Positions 18,593 to 27,258 are shown, counted from the stretch's first letter. The stretch: 64,000 nucleotides of DNA from an uncultured delta proteobacterium (GCA_963787125.1 CAWBBV010000016.1:21679-85678), one strand, 5' to 3'. Notes: generated by a model not told the origin, from the letters alone. Made by a program: numbers and translations.

Positions 18593-19781
18593 AGCCAGAA
18601 AACCACAACAACCAAGGGACATTGCTTATTTCACCCTTCAGGCTGTCTCACTAAGCCCGGCCACCTCAGTGGGAATGCCACCGCTGGACATGAAATCGAG
18701 GGCGGACAGTGGGTCGGTGAAGCCTCCGGCCAAGTTCATGACTTTATCAATGGGGAGTTCTACTGTGCCGGTAACATAGCGGGCATTGATCCCGGCAGCT
18801 CTGAGCAGGGCAATGAGGAGGGAACTTGTGTCAAATGAGTTCCCCTGTCTGGTCAAGAGCGTCATCTGCGCCCCCTGGATGGAGCCCCAGGTGGGGACAA
18901 ACTCGACGTTGTTACGCACCCACTCGTAGATCTTTACCGGATTGTTCCCCAGCTCCAGAGCTTTGGCCTTTATTTCGGGGGTGAGCTGTACTTCTATGTT
19001 TTCTACGAGATCATCGGCAGCCAGTAGGCCGGCAACTGAGCCGTTGGCGGCAACCATGATCCGCTTGGCGCTCTTCCAGGCATGTTTGTCTTTTTTGAAA
19101 TCCTTGTCGAAGTCTTCTTTCTTCAGCCGCGGTTCGCGTTTTTGAGCTTTGGGCTGGCGGTGAGGGAGGTTGTTCGGGTCGAGCTTATGATGGCGGGAGG
19201 GGGCCTTGACCTTTGCCAGGTGCTGACGGGTCTTTTCAAACTCAGCCTCTACATCGGTTTTGCTTTTCGCTTTCTCAACACGATCAATGTTCCCCTTCAG
19301 CTCGGCAAGGTTGTCGTCGTAGTGTTTGACGAACTTTTGGTGACGGGTCAGGATCTCTGGCGGCAGTTTGGCGTTCTTGAGCTTCTTTTCGGTGGCAGCA
19401 AACTCGCTGCGGATGTCGGCGTCAAGGGTGTCTAGCTCAATTTTGGCCGCTAGCAGCTTGTCCCGTTTGGCTCCATGAGCCAGTTTTGAATCGGCCAGTG
19501 TCTCCCGCAACTCCTCAGTGAGTTTGGCCAGCTTCTCTTCCGCTCCTTCGGCCTTTTGCGCCGGAACTGCGGTCTTGGCCTTTTTCGCACCATCAACCGC
19601 TGCATGGGCAGCGCTGAAAACTCCGCCGGATGTCCAGGTGAAGATGAAGAGAACCAGTGTGGCAGTTATTTTTGTGAAGCTATGGGGCATTTTTATCCCA
19701 TCTGCCATCTGAATTTATCTGCTAAGGTAATGTAAAGTCAAGTTGATGCTATTTCTGTAAAAACAAATTATTTATCAGCAG

Positions 19782-20372
19782 TTAGGATATTTCTTTGTAT
19801 AGTACACCATGCCTATTTAATACATCTCTTATCGATTGAACGTCAGCTTCATTTAAATGATGTCCTGTAATAGCGAATACTGAAATTCCATAGTTATTTA
19901 CACATCTGGGTATTATTCCTTTTGTCCGAATGTATAAATAGAATTTTTTTCTTTCATCGCTACCAATTTTCAATAATGATTGGAGCTCATATATGGAATA
20001 AAATTCAATATCAGCCCATTTCTCAGCTATTAATCTGTATATTGGTACTCTAGCGAGAAATTTATTTGGATATAGGGCAATTCCATTGTTTGTGATTATA
20101 AGCTTCATATTTCTTGAATAATTAATATAATATGCTGGCAGCATAACAATAAGTAATATTAACAGTTCAATAACAACCAAACTGATTATACTAAATCTGA
20201 TTATCAATAAATGTGAATATAAAGCATCATAAGTAAATACTAGCAAAACAATAACATTTAGTAAGACTTCTTTGTATGTTATGTATTTGCTTGCCTTTGG
20301 TTTATAAATTGAATCAAATTTACAACATATATCTGCACTTACAATATATTCGTATTTATTTTGTGTTTTCAT
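19782..20372 (-). CDS. Small AT-rich membrane protein (2 TM + ~100-aa C-terminal domain); candidate partner/immunity gene of paralogue C
   Basis: 196 aa. TM stretches LLNVIVLLVFTYDALYSHLLII and FSIISLVVIELLILLIVMLPAYY. The ATG is 7 nt after the stop of paralogue C, with AGGA overlapping that stop (tAGGAtaattATG). Confidence 0.7.
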   Translation of the reverse strand: MKTQNKYEYIVSADICCKFDSIYKPKASKYITYKEVLLNVIVLLVFTYDALYSHLLIIRFSIISLVVIELLILLIVMLPAYYINYSRNMKLIITNNGIALYPNKFLARVPIYRLIAEKWADIEFYSIYELQSLLKIGSDERKKFYLYIRTKGIIPRCVNNYGISVFAITGHHLNEADVQSIRDVLNRHGVLYKEIS

Positions 20373-20379
20373 AATTATC

Positions 20380-20760
20380 CTATAAAAAGAAATATGCTAT
20401 TAAATCAACAAAATATGCACAATAAGCAACAAGGTATTGCACAAGCTGTATTTCAACTGATTGCGGTACTCCTCCACTAAAAGGACTAGGCATGCCTCTT
20501 AGTAAAAATCCTAACGCTATCTGACCTATAATATCCATAATTGCCCCAGATCCTGTAATAATAGTCAAATCAGTCAGGCCATAACTTCTTCCAAATACTG
20601 TTTGTATAGTATTTGCAATTACCACTTGAATAACTGTCGTCAATATAGGAACCATAACTATTCCAAGAGGCGTTGTGAATGTCAAACCAAGTGCAATTGA
20701 TAATAGCAATATCGAAAAGTATGATACCCACATTGCAGATGCGTATGGAAATAATAAATC
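20380..20760 (-). other. Variable C-terminal module CT-C (126 aa, multi-helix hydrophobic)
   Basis: After GYMISGGSNGG: DLLFPYASAMWVSYFSILLLSIALGLTFTTPLGIVMVPILTTVIQVVIA...GAIMDIIGQIALGFLL...LVQYLVAYCAYFVDLIAYFFL. No alignment to CT-A or CT-B; AT-rich. Confidence 0.75.
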
Positions 20761-23403
20761 TCCTCCATTCGACCCCCCACTGATCATATACCCACCAGCC
20801 CCGGTCTCCGGGTTAGTGATAATATACCCACACCCAATCCAGCCATTGAAGTTGATGTTGGTCTTGGAGACGGTAACAACCTTTCCGGCATTGACTGCAT
20901 TAGCGATGTCGTCTTTTGTCTGCTGGTCTAGCTGTAGTTCCCAATATAATGTTCCAAAGTTTTCTTTATTGACCGTGTAGATCGGTATCCCCTGGTCGTT
21001 GGCAATCTTGAGCGCCTTGACGGTGCTAATGGCCTGTGCCGGTGCGTCGGGAGTGGAGAAGAGCTGCTCCGGAACGCTGTGCTCCAGCGCTGATGAGGTC
21101 ATGCCGCTGGAGAGCATGTACTGCCTGGCTGTCTCGCTGTTGCCGTCTTTTGCCTTTACCACTTGCATCAGATAATCAGCATCCATGTTGAGTCCGCCGG
21201 AAGCGATATAGCGCGGTATTCCCCAGAGACACATTACTTTGAGCTTGGTGGCAAAGATGGTTTCTGACGGTACGGTGATGGCGTTGACGTTCATGGTTTT
21301 TGCCGTGATGTAGTTCATGGTGCCGAGTTCTGCATGATAGGCCATGGCGGTGGTGTAGAGGAGGTCACCTATCAGATCATCTTTGGTCATGCCGGCAAAG
21401 TCGTTGTTCTGCAGTTTTGCTTTGGTAGCTTCCAGTTTTGCTTTGAGCCCGGTTAACTGCTCGGCGCTGATTCGTCCCAGGTTGAGGCCGATGGCCTGGT
21501 ACACTCCGGCGTCAATGTAGTTGGTGATCTGGCTTGAGCCGTAAGCCGGGTCAGAGAAGGTCATGGTGGAGATGTTGGTGCCGCCCAGGCCTACCTGTGC
21601 TCCGGTGGCTACTACCTGGCCATCAATTCTGAGTTCCGGCTTTACGTTGATGAGGTAGGCCGGGAGCTGGCTGGGGAGTTCGCTTGGTTGTATGGGGGTG
21701 CCGTCGGCATGCGGGCTTGGCAGATAGGCGTTGATGATAGCTTCGTCCTGAGGGGTGGCCGGGGAGTAGCTTAAGGTTATCTTCTTGCCTGCCAGTTCTG
21801 CGAGGCTTTTGGTTATGCTCAGTGTGTTGTCCACCGGTGACGGTGCATCAGGATCGACGAAGGTGTTTGAGGCTTCGTTCTCTACCCTGAAGGAGAGCTT
21901 GTGCCGCAAGCTGTCGGGGATGGTGGTGAATGTTGCCCCCTTGACAGCGGTGCGGTACGGCAATGTGCCGAGAAGATGGCGGTACTCTTTTTTGATGATC
22001 TCTTTCTTGCCAAGAACATCGCCGACAGTGGCATTGGCGTGGTTCTGCTGGATGTAGCTCTGCACCCGTGCCTGATAGTCCTGCATGGTCTGCTGGGTGA
22101 GGATGGAGTTGATGCCGGTGACGTACCCTTGTGTTTCATCAATAGTGGCGCTGGCCTTGATCTGATCAAGGAACCCCTGGGCGTCGAAGGGGACTGCTGT
22201 CTTGATGTCGATTCCCTGGGTAAAGTTGTACTGCTTGTAGCTCGGATCAAGAGGTATCCAGGTGTCACCCTTGCCGTTTACATGCTTTGCTCCACGGGAG
22301 GGGATGTAGTTGATGAAGGCTTCGACCGAGACATGCTCAAAGCGGGCAGCAACGATCTTGCCTCCGGCAACCAGACCTTTGGTGGGAATGCCGCCACTGG
22401 ACATGAAGTCGAGGGCGGACAATGGGTCGGTGAAGCCTCCGGTCCAGTTCATGATTTTGTCAATGGGGAGTTCTACTGTGCCGGTGACATAACGGGCATT
22501 GATCCCGGCAGCCCTAAGCAGGGCAATGAGGAGGGAACTTGTATCAAAGGAGTTGCCCTGCCTGGTCAGGAGCGTCATCTGCGCCCCCTGGATGGAACCC
22601 CAGGTGGGGACGAATTCGATGTTATTCCTCACCCACTCGTAAATCTTGACCGGATTATTCCCCAGCTCCAGTGCCTTGGCCCTGATCTCCGGGGTGAGCT
22701 GTACTTCTATGGTTTCGGCCAGATCATCGGCAGGAAGCAGTCCGGCAACTGAGCCATTTGCAGCGACCATGATCCGCTTGGCGCTCTTCCAGGCATGCTT
22801 GTTCTTCTTGAGATCCTTGTCGAACTCTTCTTTCTTGAGCCGTGGTTCGCGCTTTAGGGCTTTGGGCTGCCGATGGGGAAGATTGTTCGGATCCAGTTTA
22901 TTGTGATGGGACGGAGCTTTGACCTTTGCCAGGTGCTGGCGAGTCTTCTCAATCTCAGTCTCGACTTCATCCTTGCCTTTCGCTTTCTCAACACGGTCAA
23001 TGTTCCCCTTCAGCTCGGCAAGGTTGTCGTCGTAGTGTTTGACGAACTTCTGGTGACGGGTCAGGATCTCAGACGGGAGTTTGGCGTTCTTGAGCTTCTT
23101 CTCGGTTTCAGCAAACTGCTTGCGGATGTCGGCGTCAAGGGTGTCCAGCTCACCCTTGCGGGACGTCAGCCGCTGTTTCTTGTGCTCATGACTCGTTTTC
23201 GAGTCGAGAAGTTCTGTTGTCAGTTCCTCAGTCAGCTTCGCAAACCGTTCCTCAGCCCCTTCGCTCTTCTTTGCCGGAGCCTCGGTCTTGGCCTTCTTCA
23301 CGGCAGTTGTTGCTGCATGAGCAACGCTGAACACCCCCCCTGAGGTCCAGGTGAAGAAAGACAATACAACTGCGGCGATTATCCTTGAGTGTTTGCGAAA
23401 CAT
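20380..23403 (-). CDS. Paralogue C: intact exported transglutaminase-fold protein with variable hydrophobic C-terminal module
   Basis: ORF track 20380..23424. I prefer ATG 23403 (MFRKHSRIIAAVVLSFFTWTSGG, colinear with paralogue A, GGAGGA 6 nt upstream). Same architecture as A; near-identical to the 3' part of B over ~1.6 kb. Confidence 0.9.
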   Translation of the reverse strand: MFRKHSRIIAAVVLSFFTWTSGGVFSVAHAATTAVKKAKTEAPAKKSEGAEERFAKLTEELTTELLDSKTSHEHKKQRLTSRKGELDTLDADIRKQFAETEKKLKNAKLPSEILTRHQKFVKHYDDNLAELKGNIDRVEKAKGKDEVETEIEKTRQHLAKVKAPSHHNKLDPNNLPHRQPKALKREPRLKKEEFDKDLKKNKHAWKSAKRIMVAANGSVAGLLPADDLAETIEVQLTPEIRAKALELGNNPVKIYEWVRNNIEFVPTWGSIQGAQMTLLTRQGNSFDTSSLLIALLRAAGINARYVTGTVELPIDKIMNWTGGFTDPLSALDFMSSGGIPTKGLVAGGKIVAARFEHVSVEAFINYIPSRGAKHVNGKGDTWIPLDPSYKQYNFTQGIDIKTAVPFDAQGFLDQIKASATIDETQGYVTGINSILTQQTMQDYQARVQSYIQQNHANATVGDVLGKKEIIKKEYRHLLGTLPYRTAVKGATFTTIPDSLRHKLSFRVENEASNTFVDPDAPSPVDNTLSITKSLAELAGKKITLSYSPATPQDEAIINAYLPSPHADGTPIQPSELPSQLPAYLINVKPELRIDGQVVATGAQVGLGGTNISTMTFSDPAYGSSQITNYIDAGVYQAIGLNLGRISAEQLTGLKAKLEATKAKLQNNDFAGMTKDDLIGDLLYTTAMAYHAELGTMNYITAKTMNVNAITVPSETIFATKLKVMCLWGIPRYIASGGLNMDADYLMQVVKAKDGNSETARQYMLSSGMTSSALEHSVPEQLFSTPDAPAQAISTVKALKIANDQGIPIYTVNKENFGTLYWELQLDQQTKDDIANAVNAGKVVTVSKTNINFNGWIGCGYIITNPETGAGGYMISGGSNGGDLLFPYASAMWVSYFSILLLSIALGLTFTTPLGIVMVPILTTVIQVVIANTIQTVFGRSYGLTDLTIITGSGAIMDIIGQIALGFLLRGMPSPFSGGVPQSVEIQLVQYLVAYCAYFVDLIAYFFL

Positions 23404-23467
23404 TCTGTTCCTCCATGAAATCAAAATTCAGTTTTACCGCCATTACAACCCCCTATATTGTAGACAC

Positions 23468-23508
23468 AAAAAAACCGCTCCATCAGCCTAAAGCTGACCC
23501 GAGCGGTT
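23468..23508 (-). terminator. Rho-independent terminator downstream of the tns operon
   Basis: The minus strand reads AACCGCTCGGGTCAGCtttagGCTGATGGAGCGGTT followed by TTTTTTT. It is ~180 nt after the stop of the TnsE-position gene. Confidence 0.7.
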
Positions 23509-23689
23509 CTTGATCACAATATATACGGACTCCACAAAGTGGCGCAAATTCACCCCTGCAAATATAAACATAATGCAATGAAGGCATGTTCAATACACTG
23601 TTCTAATATTTGTGTCAATAAAAACAGACAAAAATACGTTTAGAACCCAGACAGCTAACGAGAATCCGGGCCGGGATTGCATATTCAGA

Positions 23690-25342
23690 TTACTTCGACA
23701 TCCTTTCCTTTAATCTCCTGACCCACATCTCGACATAATCCATATCCCCTGCCCGCTCGGTCATCCGTAGCAGTTTCGGCAGACGCTTGACCGCTACCCA
23801 TTTCGGAAGCGTGCGTTCGGCCTCCTTGTCCCAACTGCCATAGCGGTCAACCATGGTATCGAGCAATTGTTTGATATGCTGGTCCATTTCGTCAAGCTGG
23901 CAGAAGAGGTCATAGCGAAGCATCAGCCCAGACAGATCGCCTGCCAGCTCGCTGTGGTCGATATCAAGCACCACGAAAGGTGGCCTGACAGGCGAGGTGA
24001 ACACCGCCACTAAGCAAATGCGGCGGCCCTGTGGAGTCCGCGAAACAGACTGTCCCGGCTTGAGGAAAACCAGCGATACTGTCAGGGTCAGGTCAGGCTG
24101 GGACTGCTCGATCAGTTTCAAGGTTTCGATCAATAAGCCAAGATCTCCGATGGCCTCAAAACTTGCTGGTTCGAGCGTCAACACCTCCAGCGGGGACAAC
24201 CCTCCGGTGACGGATTCCTCCCCCAAACTGACTGTTTTAGAGACGATTTTGACTGGCAGTGCCGGATCAACCGGCCGTCCGGTGTCAGAGCGGGATTTGC
24301 GCGGCACCGGTTCCTGATCTCCGGTTTCCTTAACGGTCTGTCTTGCGCGGGGGGGAGAGAGAATTCTGACGACCCTGGCAGGGGAAGTGAACATACCTCG
24401 CTTACCGCCCAGCAGGATCATATCTTGGTTTATGTCCTTTTGACTATCGGCTTCCTCATCGACTTCATGCTCACGGACATGTACGGGACGGGCTGGACGG
24501 AGTAAGTCATCTTCCTCGTTCTTGGCGACGGTTGTTCTCTCCGGCCCTGTGTTTTTCTCGCAGACCGAAGGATGTGTCCAGTTAATTACCGGGGCTGGCA
24601 GGGCACGACCGGATAGTGCGTTAATCTCCAGAACAAGCCAAGTCTGAGCCTTTGCCACACCGCGGAACTCAATCCTGCAATTTTTCAGGGGCGGTGGTTC
24701 CAAGATCAAGGTCCGTTGTCCCGAACTCAAACGCCGGACGCTGTCCCAGGCAGCTCGCCCTTCCGGATGGACCGCCGCCCAGGCGAACTCCTGAACGAAC
24801 TCAGGGCGCATCAAGGCGCGGGGCGTGTTTTGATGGAATTCGATTAGAATTTCGGGATAAAAGTCAGGAACGGGAGTAAGTGCGAGATTCATCAGCCCCA
24901 TCGGCTCAAGCAGGGCCTTGGCCATTACTTTGCTGTGCAGGAAAAGGAATCGAACCAGTTCCATCGCCGGGATCAGGATGGTCCAACCACGGGAGTGATA
25001 ACGCAAGACACTATGGTCACCACCGAAATGCCCCCCCAGATCATAATGATCACGGGTGAAGGCCTTGATGGCCGGGATGACCTCCATTTGCGACAGATCC
25101 GGAATCACTGCCCAGCCGCTCTTCCCTCCCTTGCGAGAGGTCAGCACCTCTCCACTGGATATCACCAGGCCCGGCATCAGAAAAGGCAGTGTCCCATAGG
25201 GTAGCCGCCAAAAAAAAGTACTGCCGTTTTTCTGGCGGAAAAACGTATCAACACAAAGTTTGCCATCAGTTGTTTTTCCGACTCCCTTCAACCACCGCAG
25301 TTCAAGGTCGTCGGTATAATTGGCCAGCGAGGAAATCTTCAT
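23690..25342 (-). CDS. TnsE-position protein of the Tn7-like element (putative alternative target selector)
   Basis: 550 aa, last gene of the tns operon; its start overlaps the tnsD stop (ATGA). Size and position match TnsE of Tn7 (538 aa). Homology not verified here. Confidence 0.55.
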   Translation of the reverse strand: MKISSLANYTDDLELRWLKGVGKTTDGKLCVDTFFRQKNGSTFFWRLPYGTLPFLMPGLVISSGEVLTSRKGGKSGWAVIPDLSQMEVIPAIKAFTRDHYDLGGHFGGDHSVLRYHSRGWTILIPAMELVRFLFLHSKVMAKALLEPMGLMNLALTPVPDFYPEILIEFHQNTPRALMRPEFVQEFAWAAVHPEGRAAWDSVRRLSSGQRTLILEPPPLKNCRIEFRGVAKAQTWLVLEINALSGRALPAPVINWTHPSVCEKNTGPERTTVAKNEEDDLLRPARPVHVREHEVDEEADSQKDINQDMILLGGKRGMFTSPARVVRILSPPRARQTVKETGDQEPVPRKSRSDTGRPVDPALPVKIVSKTVSLGEESVTGGLSPLEVLTLEPASFEAIGDLGLLIETLKLIEQSQPDLTLTVSLVFLKPGQSVSRTPQGRRICLVAVFTSPVRPPFVVLDIDHSELAGDLSGLMLRYDLFCQLDEMDQHIKQLLDTMVDRYGSWDKEAERTLPKWVAVKRLPKLLRMTERAGDMDYVEMWVRRLKERMSK

Positions 25343-27156
25343 GCCGCCCGGTCCTCCGTCGCCAACATAACAGCTTCAACGCCAGGTGCGCATCGGTCCG
25401 GTAGCCCGGCCAAACGCCTCAGCCGCCAGACCTGAACCGGCTTGTCCTCCTGGCGCAGTTCCTCCGCCGCCCAGGTTATACGGCGGCACTGAAACTCTTC
25501 TACACTTTCAGCAAGCTCGGCCAGCGCTGCAGCGCACAGCGGGAGTTTGTAAAGGCGTTTTCCCAGCCAGCCGGGCTGTCCCAAAGCGCGTTCCAAGGCA
25601 AGGCGGGTAATCTGCAGGGGCGGGGTTAGGGCGCGTAGCCTTGCGACTTCTTGCCGCAGGGCTCTCGCCGTCGTCGCATCGATATCGGCCCAGTCAAAGC
25701 GGGATTTGGTGGGAATTGGGAGTATGGCGGTGGGCGGTTGCGCCTCCAACCAGTTGCGGTCATGGCGATAAAGCCATGTGTATACCGCCGGAATCTGGTG
25801 TCGCAGATGTTGCCGGGTCAGGGTTGGGTTGGCAGTGTGTATTTCGCTCCAGGCAGCGCGCATCACATCCCGTTCGATTTGTGGCCGCTTGGCCCGCTCT
25901 GGCCGGGCCTTCCACGGCGTTTCCAGCCCCAAAAGGGCAACATACCGCAATACCGTCTTGGGATCGACAAACAGAGCTTTGGCAGTGCTGCGTAGACTGG
26001 CCCCAATAGCGACAAAGTCGCGTAACCGGTTCTCAAACAACGGGCCAAGATCGAGGAGTTTGGCGCGGCTGCCTGGCTCCGGCGCAGTGCTGAAGACATA
26101 CCCGCAGGAACAATGAAAAACTCCAATCGTCCTACCACCTTCATCATGCAGTCGGTAATCCGTGACGACCGGTAGGCCATGATGATCGGCAAGCGGATTG
26201 CGGCAGGGCCAGGGGCCGGGTCCGAAGGGGTTGAACCTTTCGAACAGCGGCAGCGCGTCCAACAACAACTGCATCAGAACATGGCGCAAGGGGGCAAAAC
26301 TCTTCCGATGTTTGCGGGCCATCGACACCAGCCAGCCGTCCGGCGCAGCGTCCGGCAGGATGTCGATCATCGGGCCAAAGTGTGTCAGATAGGCATCCAA
26401 CAGCGCTCGTTGGTCCACCTGAGCATCCCCTCGGGCAAAACCGCGCGCAAACAGAGCAGCGCGAATGTAATCGCTCCACGCCACCAGCTTACGAGCCGCA
26501 GGCGGGTTGGTAAGCAAGGCGGCGCTAGCGATAGCAATATCGCGCAGATGCTTGAGCGTTTCCGGTTGATCTATCCAGGCGGGCTGCGGCGGATCGGCAG
26601 GGCAATTGTCCTGGTCTGCTGCGCTGAAGCCGTGCTGGCCGGTACATGGGAGAACGATCCGACTGTCAGCCAGAGGCACGCCGTGAGTCAGGCAAACGAG
26701 GACGCCAGGCAGTTGATGGTCGCGCCGCCAATAGAGCTCCCCATGTCGGGTGAGCATCTCGGCGCGACACGTCGGGCAGTAGCGCAAAGCTGAAGGCAGG
26801 CGGACCTTGCTGGCCGCCAACCCAAGTTTGACATGAAGGGCATCGGCACCATCATTCTCGGCTGTTATCGCTGCCAAAGCCCAGTCACGTGCCTCCTGCG
26901 GCTGAAAGGCCGTAACATAGTTCAGGATGGTGTTCTCTAGCGCGAGCCTGTGTGCCGTGAGTTCCCTTGCTGGCGGTAGGTTTGTCGCCAGCCGACCCAG
27001 TTCTGTCTGCAGAAACGCTCCCGCCCGGACATTGCGGCTGCCGAATGCCTCGTCCAGCATCTGTTTCGGACTGTGCCACCCGCTATGGCGGCAAGTACGC
27101 GCCAACAGGCTGTAGACAAGCTCGTCTCGATAGAGTGCCGGTAGGTAAGGCAGCAT
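25339..27156 (-). CDS. tnsD: TnsD/TniQ-family target-selection protein
   Basis: 605 aa. TniQ-type N-terminus MLPYLPALYRDELVYSLLARTCRHSG and Zn-finger-like region LRYCPTCRAEMLTRHGELYWRRDHQLPGVLVCLTHG. Starts 2 nt after the tnsC exon-2 stop. Confidence 0.85.
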   Translation of the reverse strand: MLPYLPALYRDELVYSLLARTCRHSGWHSPKQMLDEAFGSRNVRAGAFLQTELGRLATNLPPARELTAHRLALENTILNYVTAFQPQEARDWALAAITAENDGADALHVKLGLAASKVRLPSALRYCPTCRAEMLTRHGELYWRRDHQLPGVLVCLTHGVPLADSRIVLPCTGQHGFSAADQDNCPADPPQPAWIDQPETLKHLRDIAIASAALLTNPPAARKLVAWSDYIRAALFARGFARGDAQVDQRALLDAYLTHFGPMIDILPDAAPDGWLVSMARKHRKSFAPLRHVLMQLLLDALPLFERFNPFGPGPWPCRNPLADHHGLPVVTDYRLHDEGGRTIGVFHCSCGYVFSTAPEPGSRAKLLDLGPLFENRLRDFVAIGASLRSTAKALFVDPKTVLRYVALLGLETPWKARPERAKRPQIERDVMRAAWSEIHTANPTLTRQHLRHQIPAVYTWLYRHDRNWLEAQPPTAILPIPTKSRFDWADIDATTARALRQEVARLRALTPPLQITRLALERALGQPGWLGKRLYKLPLCAAALAELAESVEEFQCRRITWAAEELRQEDKPVQVWRLRRLAGLPDRCAPGVEAVMLATEDRAA

Positions 27157-27158
27157 GG

Positions 27159-27258
27159 TTACACCGGTCCGAATCTGGGTGGGCGAACCAGCCCGGCAGC
27201 GGCCAAAGACTCCTCGGCGGTCAGTCCGCGTTCACTGCCCTTAATGGCGATTTTGGAC
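27159..27258 (-). CDS. tnsC: tnsC exon 2 (C-terminal 33 codons + stop)
   Basis: Encodes (L)SKIAIKGSERGLTAEESLAAAGLVRPPRFGPV*. It is in frame with exon 1 once the 1,895-nt intron is removed, and the stop is 2 nt before the tnsD ATG. Confidence 0.7.

Larger units (their letters stand above)
17383..18668 (+). mobile_element. IS3-family insertion sequence (1,286 bp) with 3-bp GTG target duplication
   Basis: IRs TGAAGTGGTTGCGCTTTATGAGACA (17383->) and TGAGGTGGCCGGGCTTAGTGAGACA (18668<-). GTG at 17380-17382 and 18669-18671; deleting IS plus one GTG recreates the ...cctttggtgggaatgcc... sequence seen in paralogue C. Has orfA/orfB with a -1 frame offset. Confidence 0.92.
15399..19708 (-). pseudogene. 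Paralogue B of the transglutaminase-fold protein, split by an IS3-family insertion (5' part 18669-19708, 3' part 15399-17382)
   Basis: The N-part ORF (18638..19708) ends ...MSSGGIPT + 9 IS-derived codons. The C-part ORF (15399..17420) begins with 13 IS-derived codons then KGLVAGGKIVAARFEH..., colinear with paralogue C (...SSGGIPTKGLVAGGKIV...). The break lies between the Ser(Cys-position) and His motifs of the transglutaminase core. Confidence 0.9.
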
